This document shows, one piece after another, positions 39,493 to 64,000 of a stretch of DNA of 64,000 bases. The position numbers were made by a program, and so were the translations under genes. The number at the start of each line of letters is the position of its first letter. The stretch's first letter is position 1. This stretch comes from the human T2T-CHM13v2.0 reference genome, Homo sapiens. The notes beneath the pieces are model-generated. The model made no database searches, was not told the DNA's origin, and saw nothing but the letters and a program-made list of their open reading frames with translations. The stretch lies in assembly GCF_009914755.1 (NCBI RefSeq), contig NC_060933.1, one strand, 5' to 3'.

Positions 39493-40539
39493 TGAAGATG
39501 CAAAGTCCTTCCTCTCTGCCCATTCAGGGAAGCTTCTGGCCGCCCTCGGGGTGAGTGGGCAGTGGCGGGTGGAAGTTCCTCAACTTCATTACAGCTGTGA
39601 GGCCTCGGATCGGCTCTCACCACTCTGGGCATCCTTTTTTGTAAAATGGAGCCAGTAATTTCCACTCTCCTGGTTATTGTAGGCTGGCAATGAGGGCATC
39701 CGCGGATGGCACCTGGCCCACTCATCAAATGGCAGCTACCCTCTCTCGTGATGATTGTCAGCATCTAGTGTGAAAGATGGGAAGAGCCTACATCAATTCT
39801 TTTTTTTTTTTTTCTTTAAGAGATGTAATTGCCCAGGCTGGTCTTGAACTCCTAGACTCAAGCCATCTGCCTGCCTCAGCCTCCTAAAATGCTGGGATTA
39901 CAGGTGTGTGCCCCCAAGCCCAGCCTGCACTGGATTCTCATTCTGATGTTACAAGGTGGATGGGGCCATGATAGAGGTTTGAGCCAGCAGGGAGGGTGTG
40001 GCACGAGGCCTGATGGCTTCTTGGAGGAGGAGGTGTTTGAACTAGGCCATCGGAGACAGAACAGATTCACTGGGAAAGTAGCTGTGTGTGCCAGGTGCAC
40101 CAGCCGGGCTGCCAAGTGCTGATTTGTAGAAATTCTCTGGGGGGTTCTCTGAGTGAGGAAGAAGGATCCATGGGGCCTGGGCAAGGCTAGAAGTGATAGC
40201 CTGGGAAACAGTCTCAGGAGTACAGTTTCTTCCTTTTTCTCTTACTTGTTGAAGCCTAATTTACATATTATCAAATGCACCAGTCGCAATGAGTTTTAAA
40301 AATGTTTTGGCAGCTTTATGTAAGTATAACTGACAGATAACCCACACTCATTCAAAATGTACAATTTGACCAGGCACGGCAGCTCATGCCTGTAATCCCA
40401 ATACTTTAGGAGGCCGAGACAGGTGGATCACCTGAGGTCGGGAGTTTGAGACCAGCCTGGCCAATATGGTGAAACCCCGTCTTTACTAAAAATACAAAAA
40501 TTAGCCAGGCGTGGTGGCACATGCCTGTAATCCCAGCTA

Positions 40540-40713
<174 letters not shown>

Positions 40714-40750
40714 TCAAGATAATGAATATATGTATCACCCCCAAAGTTTC

Positions 40751-41077
40751 CTCTCTCCCCATGTAATCCGTCCCTCCCTCTCTCCCTGTGTAATCCCTCC
40801 CTCCCTCTCTCCCCATGTAATCCTTCCCTTCCTCTCGTTCCATGTAATCCCTCCCTCCCTCTCATCCCATGTAATCCCTCCCTCCCTCTCTCCCCATGTA
40901 ATCCCTCCCTCCCTCTCTCCCCATGTAATCCTTCCCTCCTTCTCTCCCTATGTAATCCCTCCCTCCCTCCCCATGTAATCCCTCCCACCCTCTCATCCCA
41001 TGTAATCCCTCCCTCCCTCTCTCCCCATGTAATCCCTCCCTCCCTCTCATCCCATGTAATCCCTCTCTCCCTCCCTC
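40751..41077 (+). repeat. 27-bp minisatellite, 12 copies, expanded inside an L1
   Basis: Unit ~CTCTCTCCCCATGTAATCCCTCCCTCC. GTAATCC recurs 12 times, mostly at 27-bp spacing. Flanked by L1-like sequence. Confidence 0.95.
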
Positions 41078-41287
41078 AGGCAACCACTATGCTGATTTCC
41101 ATCACTATAGATTAGCTGCTATTTTCTAGAATTTTATAGAAATTGAATAATATAGTATTACTCTTTTTTATCTAGCTTTTTAAAAAAAACTCATCATTAT
41201 GGCAGGGCACAGTGGCTCATGCCTGTAATCCCAGCACTTTGGGAGGCCAAGGCTGGCAGATCACTTGAGTTCAGGAGCTCAAGATCA

Positions 41288-41521
<234 letters not shown>

Positions 41522-42090
41522 TCAAATAAAACACTTGTGAGCATTTGTGCATACCTTGATGAGGTTTTAATCTGTATATACAGGCGTATAACCATCACCC
41601 GGGTCAAGACATGAAACATTTCCTGGACCCAGAAAGCTCTCCTGTTTCAGGCCATATTGCTTCAACTATTTTGACTCTTATCACAATAAGTCAGTTTCAT
41701 TCCATTTATATTAAGTTTATAGAATTTCATGCATATGTAATTTTTGTTTTTTTTTAGACAGGGTCTCACTCTGTCAACCAGGCTGGATTGTGGTGGCACA
41801 ATCATGGTTCACTGCAGTCTCAGCCTCCCCAGTTTGAGTGATCTTCCCACCTCAGTCCTCCCAGACTCAAGCAATCCTCCCATCCTCTCAGCCTCCCGAG
41901 TAGCTGGGACTATAGTCATGCACCAGCATGCCCTGCTAAGTTTTTTATTTTTTGTACAGACAGGGTCTCACTATGTTGTCCAGTCTTGAACTCCTGGGCT
42001 TAAGCAATCCTCCTGCCTCGGCCTCCCAAAGTGCTGGGATTATAAGCACCAGCCACCATGCCCAGCCAATAACTTCTATAAATGGAATTA

Positions 42091-42426
<336 letters not shown>

Positions 42427-43673
42427 TCAAAAAAAAAAAGAACAATGCAATCTATTTTTTTGTGTCTAGCTTTTTTTGCATCACACTATGTGTCTGTGAT
42501 TGACCCGTGTTGTTGCCTGTATTAGTTTGTTTCTTTTATTGCTGTTTAGGGTTCCACTGTACAGATCCACCACAAGGTGTTTACCCATTCTCCTTCTGAT
42601 GGACACTTGGGTTACTTCCAGTTTTGGCTATTATAAACAAAGATGCTATGAACATTTGTATACAAGTCTTTTTATGGACACATATTTTCATTCTCCTGGG
42701 TAAACAGCTAGGAGTGGAATTTCTGGTTCATAGAGGAAGTGTTCTTATTACTAGAAACTGTCAAACACTTTTTCAAAATGTTTCTACCATTTTACACCCT
42801 CACAAACAATGTATGAGAGTTCCAGTTGCTCCACATTCTTGCCAACATTTTTGCTCCACATTCTTGCCAACATTTGGTATTGTCAGACCTTTAATTTTAA
42901 CCTTTCTGGTGATAAGCAGCGGTATTTCATGGTGGTTTTGTTTTACATTTCCCTTATGACTAATGACTAATGTTGTAGACCATTGTTTCATATACTTACT
43001 ATACTTAAAAAAATTTAAGCTTTCTGGGCCAGGTGCAGTGGCTTACGCCTGTAATCCCAGCACTTTGGGAGGCCAAGGCAGGCAGATCACGAGGTCAGGA
43101 GATCAAGACCATCCTGGCTAATGCGGTGAAACTCCGTCTCCACTAAAAAAAAAAAAAAAATACAAAAAATTAGCCGGGCGTGGTGGCGGGTGCCTGTACT
43201 CCTAGCTACTCCAGAGACTGAGGCAGGAGAATGGCATGAACCCGGGAGGCAGAGCTTGCAGTGAGCCGAGATTGCGCCACTGCACTCCATCCTGGGTGAC
43301 AGGGCAAGACTCTGTCTCAAAAAAAAAAAGTTAAGCTTTCTGTTATTTATTTTACAAGTAAAACATGCTGTGCATGCTTTGTAATCCCAATGTTTTGGGA
43401 AGAGGCCAGTGTTTAACACAAGCCTGGGCAAGATCCCACCTCTACAAAAAAAAAAAAAAAAATTAGCCTGGTATGGTGGCAACTGTAGTCCCAGCTACTC
43501 AGGAGGCTGAGGTGGGAGAATCACTTGAGCCCAGGAGTTCAAGGCTGCTGTGAGCTGTGGTTGCGCCACTGCACTCCAGCCTGGGTGACAGTGAGATCCT
43601 ATCTTAAAAAAAAAAAAAAAGTAAAACATGCTTAATGTAAGACATTAAGACATTGGCTGAGTGCAGTGGCTCA

Positions 43674-43960
<287 letters not shown>

Positions 43961-45111
43961 CTACAGAAATCTATAAAGTACAATAGAAACATTTTTACCT
44001 TACTCCTCCAGTTTCACTCATTGACATTAGCTAACAATAATTTGGTTATTGGTTTATTATACAGCCTTCCATATATACATTTTTCTATGTCTACAAAAAC
44101 AGATATTATTGCGTACACACACACACAGAGCTTACCTTTTTGTAACCACACACACACACAGTGAAAACCTCTTGCTTTTTATTTTTATTTTTAAATAGAG
44201 ATGAGGTCTCGCTTTGTTGCCCAGGCTGGTCTTGAACTCCTGTGCTCAAACAATCCTCCCACCTCAGCCTCCCAAAATACTGGGACTACAGGCATGAGCC
44301 ACTGCGCCCTGCCCCCCCTCTTGTTTTTATTGAGCATATACTATATGGAGATTTTGAGCAAAGGGATCGACATGCATCTTATCATTGAAATTGTTCAATA
44401 ACTGTGGTAACTGGATGAGGAGACTGGAGCTTAGAAAGGTTAAGAAAGTTGCCAAGGTCACACAGCTCACAAGTGGCAATGCCCTCACTTGAACCCAGGT
44501 CTCTGACATCAAAACCACAGGTTGATGAAATGAGATGTTCTCTTCTTGCAATCTTAGATTCACTCACTGTTTCTTTTCTTATTTTTATTTTTAGACAGAG
44601 TCTTGCTCTGTCCCCTAGGCTGGAGAGCAGTGGTGCAATCATAGCTCACTGTAACCTTCAACTCCTGGGCTCAAGCGATCCTCCTGCTCCCAGCCTCCTG
44701 AGTAGCTAGGACTACAAGTGCACACCACTGTACCCAGCTAATTTTACTTTTTATTTCTGTAGAGATGGGGTATCACTATGTTACCCAGCCTGGTTTCAAA
44801 TTCCTGGCCTCAAGCGATCCCCATGCCACAGGCTTCCAGAGTGCTGGGATTACAGGCATGAACCACAGCACCAGGCCTTCACTCATTCTTTCATTCATTC
44901 AACAAATATTCTTTGAGCCTTCAGAGCCACAGATGAGCTGAGGAGCCAGCCAGGTAGACTGACTACTAACATTTAGGAAAAGGGGGGTGTGATGGGAGAA
45001 GTAGGGGGAATAGCCCTGACCCAGGGCCTGAGTCAGGAAAGGGTCCTAGAGGAAGGACTCCTGAGGGATGTGTAGGATGCCCAGGGGAGGAGACAGCGTT
45101 AGCTGAAGAAC

Positions 45112-45259
45112 GTGTGTATGTGTGTGTGCGTGTGTGTGAGTGCGTGTGCATGTGTGAGAGTGTGTGTGCGGGTGTGTGTGCGTGTGCTTGTGTGTGCGTG
45201 TGTGTGTGCGCTTGTGTGTGCGGGTGTGTGCGTGTGTGTGCGAGCGTGTGTGTGTGTGT
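45112..45259. repeat. Degenerate (GT)n/(GC) repeat
   Basis: About 150 bp of alternating purine-pyrimidine sequence. Confidence 0.95.
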
Positions 45260-45440
45260 ACAGTGCCTTCTTAGGGAGCCCAGTCCCTCTCCAGGGTGCT
45301 GGGGTCGAGTGGAGGCAGGCGAGGGCCAGCAGCAAGACCCTAGGACCCTAGGGCCATCTTAAGGAGTCTGCCTCTGTCCTCAGGGAAACCCTGCAATGGC
45401 TAGAGTGACAGTTTTCAGATTCTAGGGTTTTAGGATTTAA

Positions 45441-46239
<799 letters not shown>

Positions 46240-46680
46240 TGAGCTACCACACCCTGCCTAGTTTTTGTATTTTTTGTAGAGACAGGGTTTCACCATGTTG
46301 GCCAGGCTGGTCTCAAACTCCTGACCTCAGGTGATCTGCCTGCTTCAGCCTCCCAAAGTGCTGGGATTAGAGGTGTGAGCCACTACACCCAGCCTAATGT
46401 TTTAATTTTTAATAGAGATGGGGGTCTCACTATGTTGCCCAAGCTGGTCTCAAACTCCTAGGCTCAAGTAATTCTCCAAAAGTGTTGGGATTACAGATGT
46501 GAACCACTGTGCCCAGCCCAAAATCTTATTTTAGTAATTGACCCAATAGTGCCCTTTGTAGCATTCCATAGTGCAGGATCTAGTCAGCCTAAGATTAGAT
46601 ATTGCATTTAGTTGTCCTGTCTTGTAGGCTCCATCAATGAGGAACACTTCCACAGCCCTTCTTTGCTTTTATGAGTACAG

Positions 46681-46893
46681 TAGTGGTTCTCAGCTGGAGG
46701 TAAGTTTTCCCTCCAGGGGACATTTGGCATGCCTGGTGACACTTTGGGTGTCCCAACTGTGGTTGTATTACTGGCATCTAGTGGGTGGAGGCCAGGGATG
46801 CTGCTAGATACCCTATAGTGTACAGCACAGTCCCCTGGACAACCAAGAATATCTGGACCAAAATGTCAGTAGTACTAAGGTTGAAAAACCATA
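46681..46893 (+). mobile_element. MER20 (hAT-Charlie), near full length
   Basis: AGTGGTTCTCA...CCAGGGGACATTTGGCA...CTGGCATCTAGTGGGTGGAGGCCAGGGATGCTGCTA...AGGTTGAAAAACC. Confidence 0.9.
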
Positions 46894-46899
46894 GACTAG

Positions 46900-48045
46900 A
46901 GTGATCTTTTACAAATGTTAATCACATCCCATCACCTTCCTGCTTAAGTCCCTCCAATGGCTTTCCACTGCTTTCAGGATGAAATCCAACCTCCTCATCA
47001 CCTACTAAGCCCTGTGTGACCTGGCCCTAGACCTCCTTGCCTCCCTCCCTCCCCTTTGTTCACTGTGTTCCAGTCACATCAACCTTCTGTTGGTTCCACA
47101 AACGTGCCCAGCTTGCTCCTGCCCCAGGTCCTTTGCACTCCCTGTTCCCTCTGCCTGGAACACTCCTCTCAATAGCCACTTGGCAGATTTCTTAGTATTC
47201 ATGTGTCATCTTAAATGCCCCTCTTCAGAGAGCCTTCCTGACCACCCACTTATTCTCTCCCATTACCCCCTGCTTTGGTTACTTATTTATTTATTTATTT
47301 TTGAGACAGAGTCCAGCTCTGTCGCCCAGGCTGGAGTACAGTGGCACAATTTTGGCTCACTGCAACCTCCACCTCCTGGGCTCAAGCGATCCTCCTGACT
47401 CAGCCTCCTGAGTAGCTGGGATTACAGGTGCATGCCACCATGCCTGGCTAATTTTTTTTTTGTATTTATTTATTTATTTTTTTAAGTAGAGATAGGGTTT
47501 CACCATATTGGCCAGGCTGGTCTCAAACTCCTGACCTCAAGTGATCCTCCCACCTCAGCCTCCCCAAAGTGCTGGGATTACAGGCATGAGCCACTGTGCC
47601 CGGCCTGCTTTGGTTTTTTCATAACTCTTTTTACTCTATCTGAAATTATGTTGTTTATTGCTAGTCCTCCCTTGCCAGAATGAATGCTGCATGGGAGATA
47701 AATCTTTAGCCATTTTCTTCATGGCTATATCCCCAGCACCTAGAACAGGTCCTGGCACATAGTAGGCATGCAGAAATATTTGTTGAATGAATGCATATGG
47801 CAAAATGATGACTAGAATGGGCTTTGAGTCAGGCAGACCTCGGATTAAATCATTGCTCTGCCACTTACCAGCTAAGGGACTTTGAGCGAATGACTTAACG
47901 TCTCTGAGCTCTGTTTCCTCATTCGTATATGAAGGTAAAAGTGGTGTCTCTATCACAGGGGTGTCTGTTGATCTGATGAGCTAAAGCTTATAGAACACTC
48001 TGTCCAGGCACATAGCAAGTGCTAGATAACTTATTATTGTGTTTC
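46900..48045. mobile_element. L2 remnant (with Alu at ~47280-47605) followed by MIR
   Basis: L2 3' end (CCTGGCACATAGTAGGCATGCAGAAATATTTGTTGAATGAATG) at ~47750-47793; MIR core at ~47815-48040. Confidence 0.75.
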
Positions 48046-48247
48046 AAACATGAATAAAGCAGCAGGTATACATGGGCACTGGGCTGAAGCCCATCCAGGC
48101 TCTTTCCCTCCCATAATCCCAGATACAATCCCTCCCTTGGCCATTTAAAGCTCTTGTAACTCTTTATTGCATTTGCAGGTGTCTCCTTATTTAACAGCTG
48201 TCTAAGGGCAGATATACTCCCTGAATGTTTAACATAGCTGCCTGCCA

Positions 48248-48345
48248 GGAAGGAAGGGAGAAAGGGAGGGAGGGAGGAGGGAAGGAGGGAGGGATAGGGA
48301 AGGAGAGAGGGGGGAGGGGAGGCGGGGAGGGGGGTGAAGGAGGGC
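48248..48345 (+). repeat. Polypurine GGA/GGGA tract
   Basis: About 95 nt almost entirely G/A with multiple GGG runs. Confidence 0.85.
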
Positions 48346-48444
48346 AGCTGGGCTGGTGTTCTTGCCTGTAGTCTTATGGAAGAGGTGAGGTCCTCTGGTG
48401 AGATGGCAGTACTGGGATGGGGGATGAAAATTCCAAGTTTTGGC

Positions 48445-48960
<516 letters not shown>

Positions 48961-49460
48961 AATAATGATTCCATCACCTGAGTCCTGACCCTCAGGCTCC
49001 TGCTGTTGCTCCTGACAATCTGCAGGTGGCGCCTGATTCTGGAAAATAATCTCCCGCTGGGTCCGTTTTCCAGGTCTGTGGAATTTAAGTAGATTCTCTT
49101 CTGGCTGGACAGTCATTCTGTGATAGACGATCATTCTGAAATCACATATAAGACTCTTTCCCTCTCTGGGTCTCCGTTTTTTCTGCCCGCAAATTTCATT
49201 TCTAGCTGGAACATCCCAGCCCTGAGTCCTCATTCATCCTTATTATTCATGCCACATCATCGGGCATGTGATTGTTCTTGTAGGGGTGAAAGTTAGCTGA
49301 AGTGAACTTATGATAGAAAGATGAATAGGAGAGAAAAGCATACAATTGTATTCAATGTGCAAAGCACAGGGGAATTGCAGAAGGACCATCTAATAGCCCC
49401 ATGAGGTACAGACACTTAAATATCCTTCTTCATAGGGGAAAGGGGAGATGGGGGATCTAG

Positions 49461-57823
<8,363 letters not shown>

Positions 57824-58315
57824 AGAGGTATTATTCTTATTCGTCTCAGTTACGTTCAGCCCCTCCCATTCCAGCCCCCAGGGTAGGACTCCACAGTGTC
57901 CAGCCTGAACTCTTGCACCAGCCTCCCAGGGGCCTCCCACCCTGGTACCTTCACCTCTGTTGCAGCCTCCAGTCTGCCGCCAAGTAGGCTGTGCCAACGT
58001 GAACATGCCAGATCACAGGTCACTGGGCCTTCCTCACCCATGCTGTTGCCTCTGCTCAGAATATTCTCTGCTTCCCACGCCCCTCCTCAACCTGCAAATT
58101 CTAGCTCAGCTTTTAGGTTTCAACTTTGCCTTTCCCCAAGAGTCCTTTCGAGGTCCCAGGCTGGGCTGCATGTCCCCATCTGTCCTCCTAGATCCTCTGT
58201 TGCACCCCTGGCAGAGTGCTCAGCCCTGCCTTACTGGAAGTCCCCGAGGGCGTGATTATGTCTATAAGTTCAACCTGGAGTGCTCGGCACAGGCAGAGTG
58301 CTGGCACACAGCGGG

Positions 58316-58800
58316 TGTAAGCAGGCAGCAGGACCCCAGGGATTCTAGGAATTTAATCAACTTGAGCAATCAGCCTGCTTTACAGCCTTCCTCCCTGAGG
58401 CCTGTTCCTCCCCAAACCCTGTAGAATTTGGCCACCTTGTTGGTTTAAGCCAGCTCTTGACAGACCCTGGCAACTTATAGATGAACTCAAGTGAACTTTC
58501 CTCATTAGTACACTGAAGTCTCCACCCCGGAGGAGCTATAGCTTCTTACCCTAACACCACACTCATGTGCTGGCATGATGACACACTGACTCTGCGCAAC
58601 TGGGACCCCTCCTCTACATGCCACAACGCACCCTCTCCTCTCTCTGTCGCCCCCTAAAACCCTCCTGTCACTTTTCTTCAGGGAGGCACTGCTTTGGAGA
58701 ATACTCCCAGTGCCCTCCTTACTTGCACCAAGTAATAAAACTCCTACTAATCAAAACCCGAGTCTTGCGGTTACTTACCGGGTGAACAAACACTGGTGTT
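58316..58800 (+). mobile_element. ERV1-type solo LTR (family not determined)
   Basis: LTR-like sequence (AATTTAATCAACTTGAGCAATCAGCCTG..., AAACCCTCCTGTCAC..., AATAAA at ~58734). Confidence 0.6.
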
Positions 58801-58863
58801 TTATTTTTGTTTGTTAACACAGGCACATGATAACTATTTATTGAATGTTAAACAGATGAATAA

Positions 58864-59085
<222 letters not shown>

Positions 59086-59154
59086 TAGTCTCGATCTCTT
59101 GACCTCGTGATCTGCCTGCCTCGGCCTCCCAGTGTGCTGAGATTACAGGCGTGA

Positions 59155-59660
<506 letters not shown>

Positions 59661-59933
59661 CCCAAAGTGCTGGGATTGCAGGCATGAACCACCATGCCCG
59701 GCCTAAATGTCACTTCTATATTTGAAAACCTTCCATGGTTTCTCATGGAGAGAGAAATAAAGTCCAAACCACAGCGTACTGCATTCCACTTCCGTCCTCA
59801 TCTGCCACACACCAGGGTCTAAATCCCTGCCCTATCATTTATTGGCTGTGTGACCCCGGACAAATGGCTGTTTCCTCATCTGTAAAATGGGGATAATAAT
59901 AGTAACTACCTCATAGGATGATTGTGAGGTTGA

Positions 59934-60191
<258 letters not shown>

Positions 60192-60571
60192 TAACTCCTG
60201 GGCTCAAGCACTCTTCCCACCTCGATACCCTGAAGTGCTGGGATTATTGGCCTGAGCCACCACGCTCAGCCCACGCCCTGACTAATGAATAAGTTTATTA
60301 TTGACTTATTATTGTTTTTATTTATATTTATTTTTTTACGTCCTAACATAAATTGCTGAGATATTTATTGTTTTTCCCTCTAGAATGTCAGCTTCTTGTC
60401 CACAGGGATTTTTCTCTTTTGTTCCTTGCTGTATCACCACTGCCTAGATTAATGACTGGCACACAGTAAGCGCTCAATAAATATTGCTAAATGCCACTAC
60501 ACCACACTTTCTTTGCCTATGCCAGAGGTGCCCAAACATAGCAGCTTTTATGTCTCAGTGATTTCTTTTCA

Positions 60572-60967
<396 letters not shown>

Positions 60968-61614
60968 CATGATTACTTAGTTAATGGGATATGTGTACTT
61001 TCTTGGAATCTTGGAATCACATTAGATACCAATTCTTTCTTTCTTTCCCTTCCTTCCTTCCTTCCTTCCTTTTCTTTCTCTCTCTCTCTTTCCCTCCCTC
61101 CCTCCCTCCCTCCCTCCCTCCCTCCCTCCCTTCCTTCCTTCCTTCCTTTTTGAGACAGGGTCTTGCTCTGTCACCCAGGCTGGAGTGCAGTGGCGAGATC
61201 ATGGCTGATTGCAGCCTGAAACTCCCAGCTCAAGTGATTCTCCCACCTCAGCCTTACTAGTAGCTGGGACCGCAGACACACACCACCGTGCTCAGCTAGC
61301 TTTTATTATTATTGTTTTTTATTATTATTAGTTTTTCAAGATGGAGTCTTGCTCTGTAACCCAGGCTAGAGTGCAGTGGCACCATCTCGGCTCACTGCAA
61401 CCTCTGCCTCCCGGGTTCAAGTGATTCTCCTGCCTCAGCCTCCTGAGTAGCTGGGATTACAGGCGCACATCACCACACCCGGCTAAATTTTGTATTTTTG
61501 GTAGAGATGGGGTTTCACCATGTTGGCCAGGCTGGTCTTGAACTCCTGACCTTGTGATCCGCCCACCTCGGCCTCTCAAAGTGCCGGGATTACAGGCGTA
61601 AGCCACTGAGCCTG

Positions 61615-61660
<46 letters not shown>

Positions 61661-62188
61661 CCAAATAGTCAGTGAATAGCTAGCTTTTGTATTTTTCCCA
61701 GAGACAGGATTTTGCCATGTTGCCCAGTCTGGTCTCAAACTCCTGGGCTCAAGCGATCCTCCTACCTCAGCCTCACAAAGTACTGGGATTACAAGTATAA
61801 GCCACCACACCTGGCCAACACTCTCATTTTGTGTTCCACATTGATTTTCATGAGTAATTTATTATTTTCTTCTTCTTTTTTTTTTGAGACAGAGTCTCAC
61901 TCTGTTGCTTAGGCTGGAGTACAGTGATGCAGTCTCAGCTCACTGCAGCCTCAACCTCCCTGGCTCACACTATCCTCCCACCTTAGCAGACTCCCAAGTA
62001 GCTGGGACTACAGGCATGTGCCACCATGTCTGGCTAATTTTTGTATTTTTTGTAGACATGAGGTTTCGCCATTTTGCCCAGGCTAGTCTCAAACTCCTGA
62101 GCTCAAGTGATTCTCCCACCTCAGCCTCTCAAAGTGCTGCGATTACAGGTCTGAGCCACCTCGACCAGTTGAGTTATTTGCTTCTCTT

Positions 62189-63009
<821 letters not shown>

Positions 63010-63177
63010 TTATCACATCGATTGCTGAAAACCCAGTATTACAAAGATATAATACCACAGAAAGCAAAGTTGTAGAGCTTAATGTTGAAATTGTGTACTG
63101 TTTCCAGCTAGCTGTTTTCACACTGTTCACCCAAAGGTGAATATAATTGTGTTTCCCTCCAAAGTTTGAAATATTCA

Positions 63178-64000
<823 letters not shown>

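Overview
Human/primate genomic DNA, very Alu-dense, covering the 5' end of NIBAN2 (FAM129B/MINERVA; from recall 9q34.11) on the minus strand. Only two protein-coding segments are supportable. The main first exon lies in a CpG island (CDS 27876->27822, MGDVLSTHLDDARRQHIA, phase-1 GT donor). The distal alternative first exon is CDS 37928->37913 (MGWMG, phase-1 GT donor). Positions 1-27.8 kb are intron 1, and exon 2 lies left of the window. Positions ~38-64 kb are upstream sequence towards STXBP1 (neighbour assignment from recall, not visible here), packed with Alu, L1, L2/MIR, MER20, MER96-like, MLT1 and ERV1 LTR remnants. Nearly all ORFs in the six-frame track are Alu, tandem-repeat or GC-rich shadows. 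I see no convincing new protein system. The best leads are: (1) a first-exon switch that changes the N-myristoylation motif, plus a 7-codon uORF and a candidate third first exon; (2) a 35-bp VNTR forming an 8x RBPJ/CSL motif array between the promoters; (3) plus-strand splice signals suggesting a divergent transcript from the distal promoter; (4) a divergent CTCF motif pair; (5) an RBFOX/UG-rich intronic cluster; (6) three local templated duplications about 2 kb from their partners, one inverted and preserving the ancestral state of a microsatellite. Repeat boundaries are approximate and read by eye.
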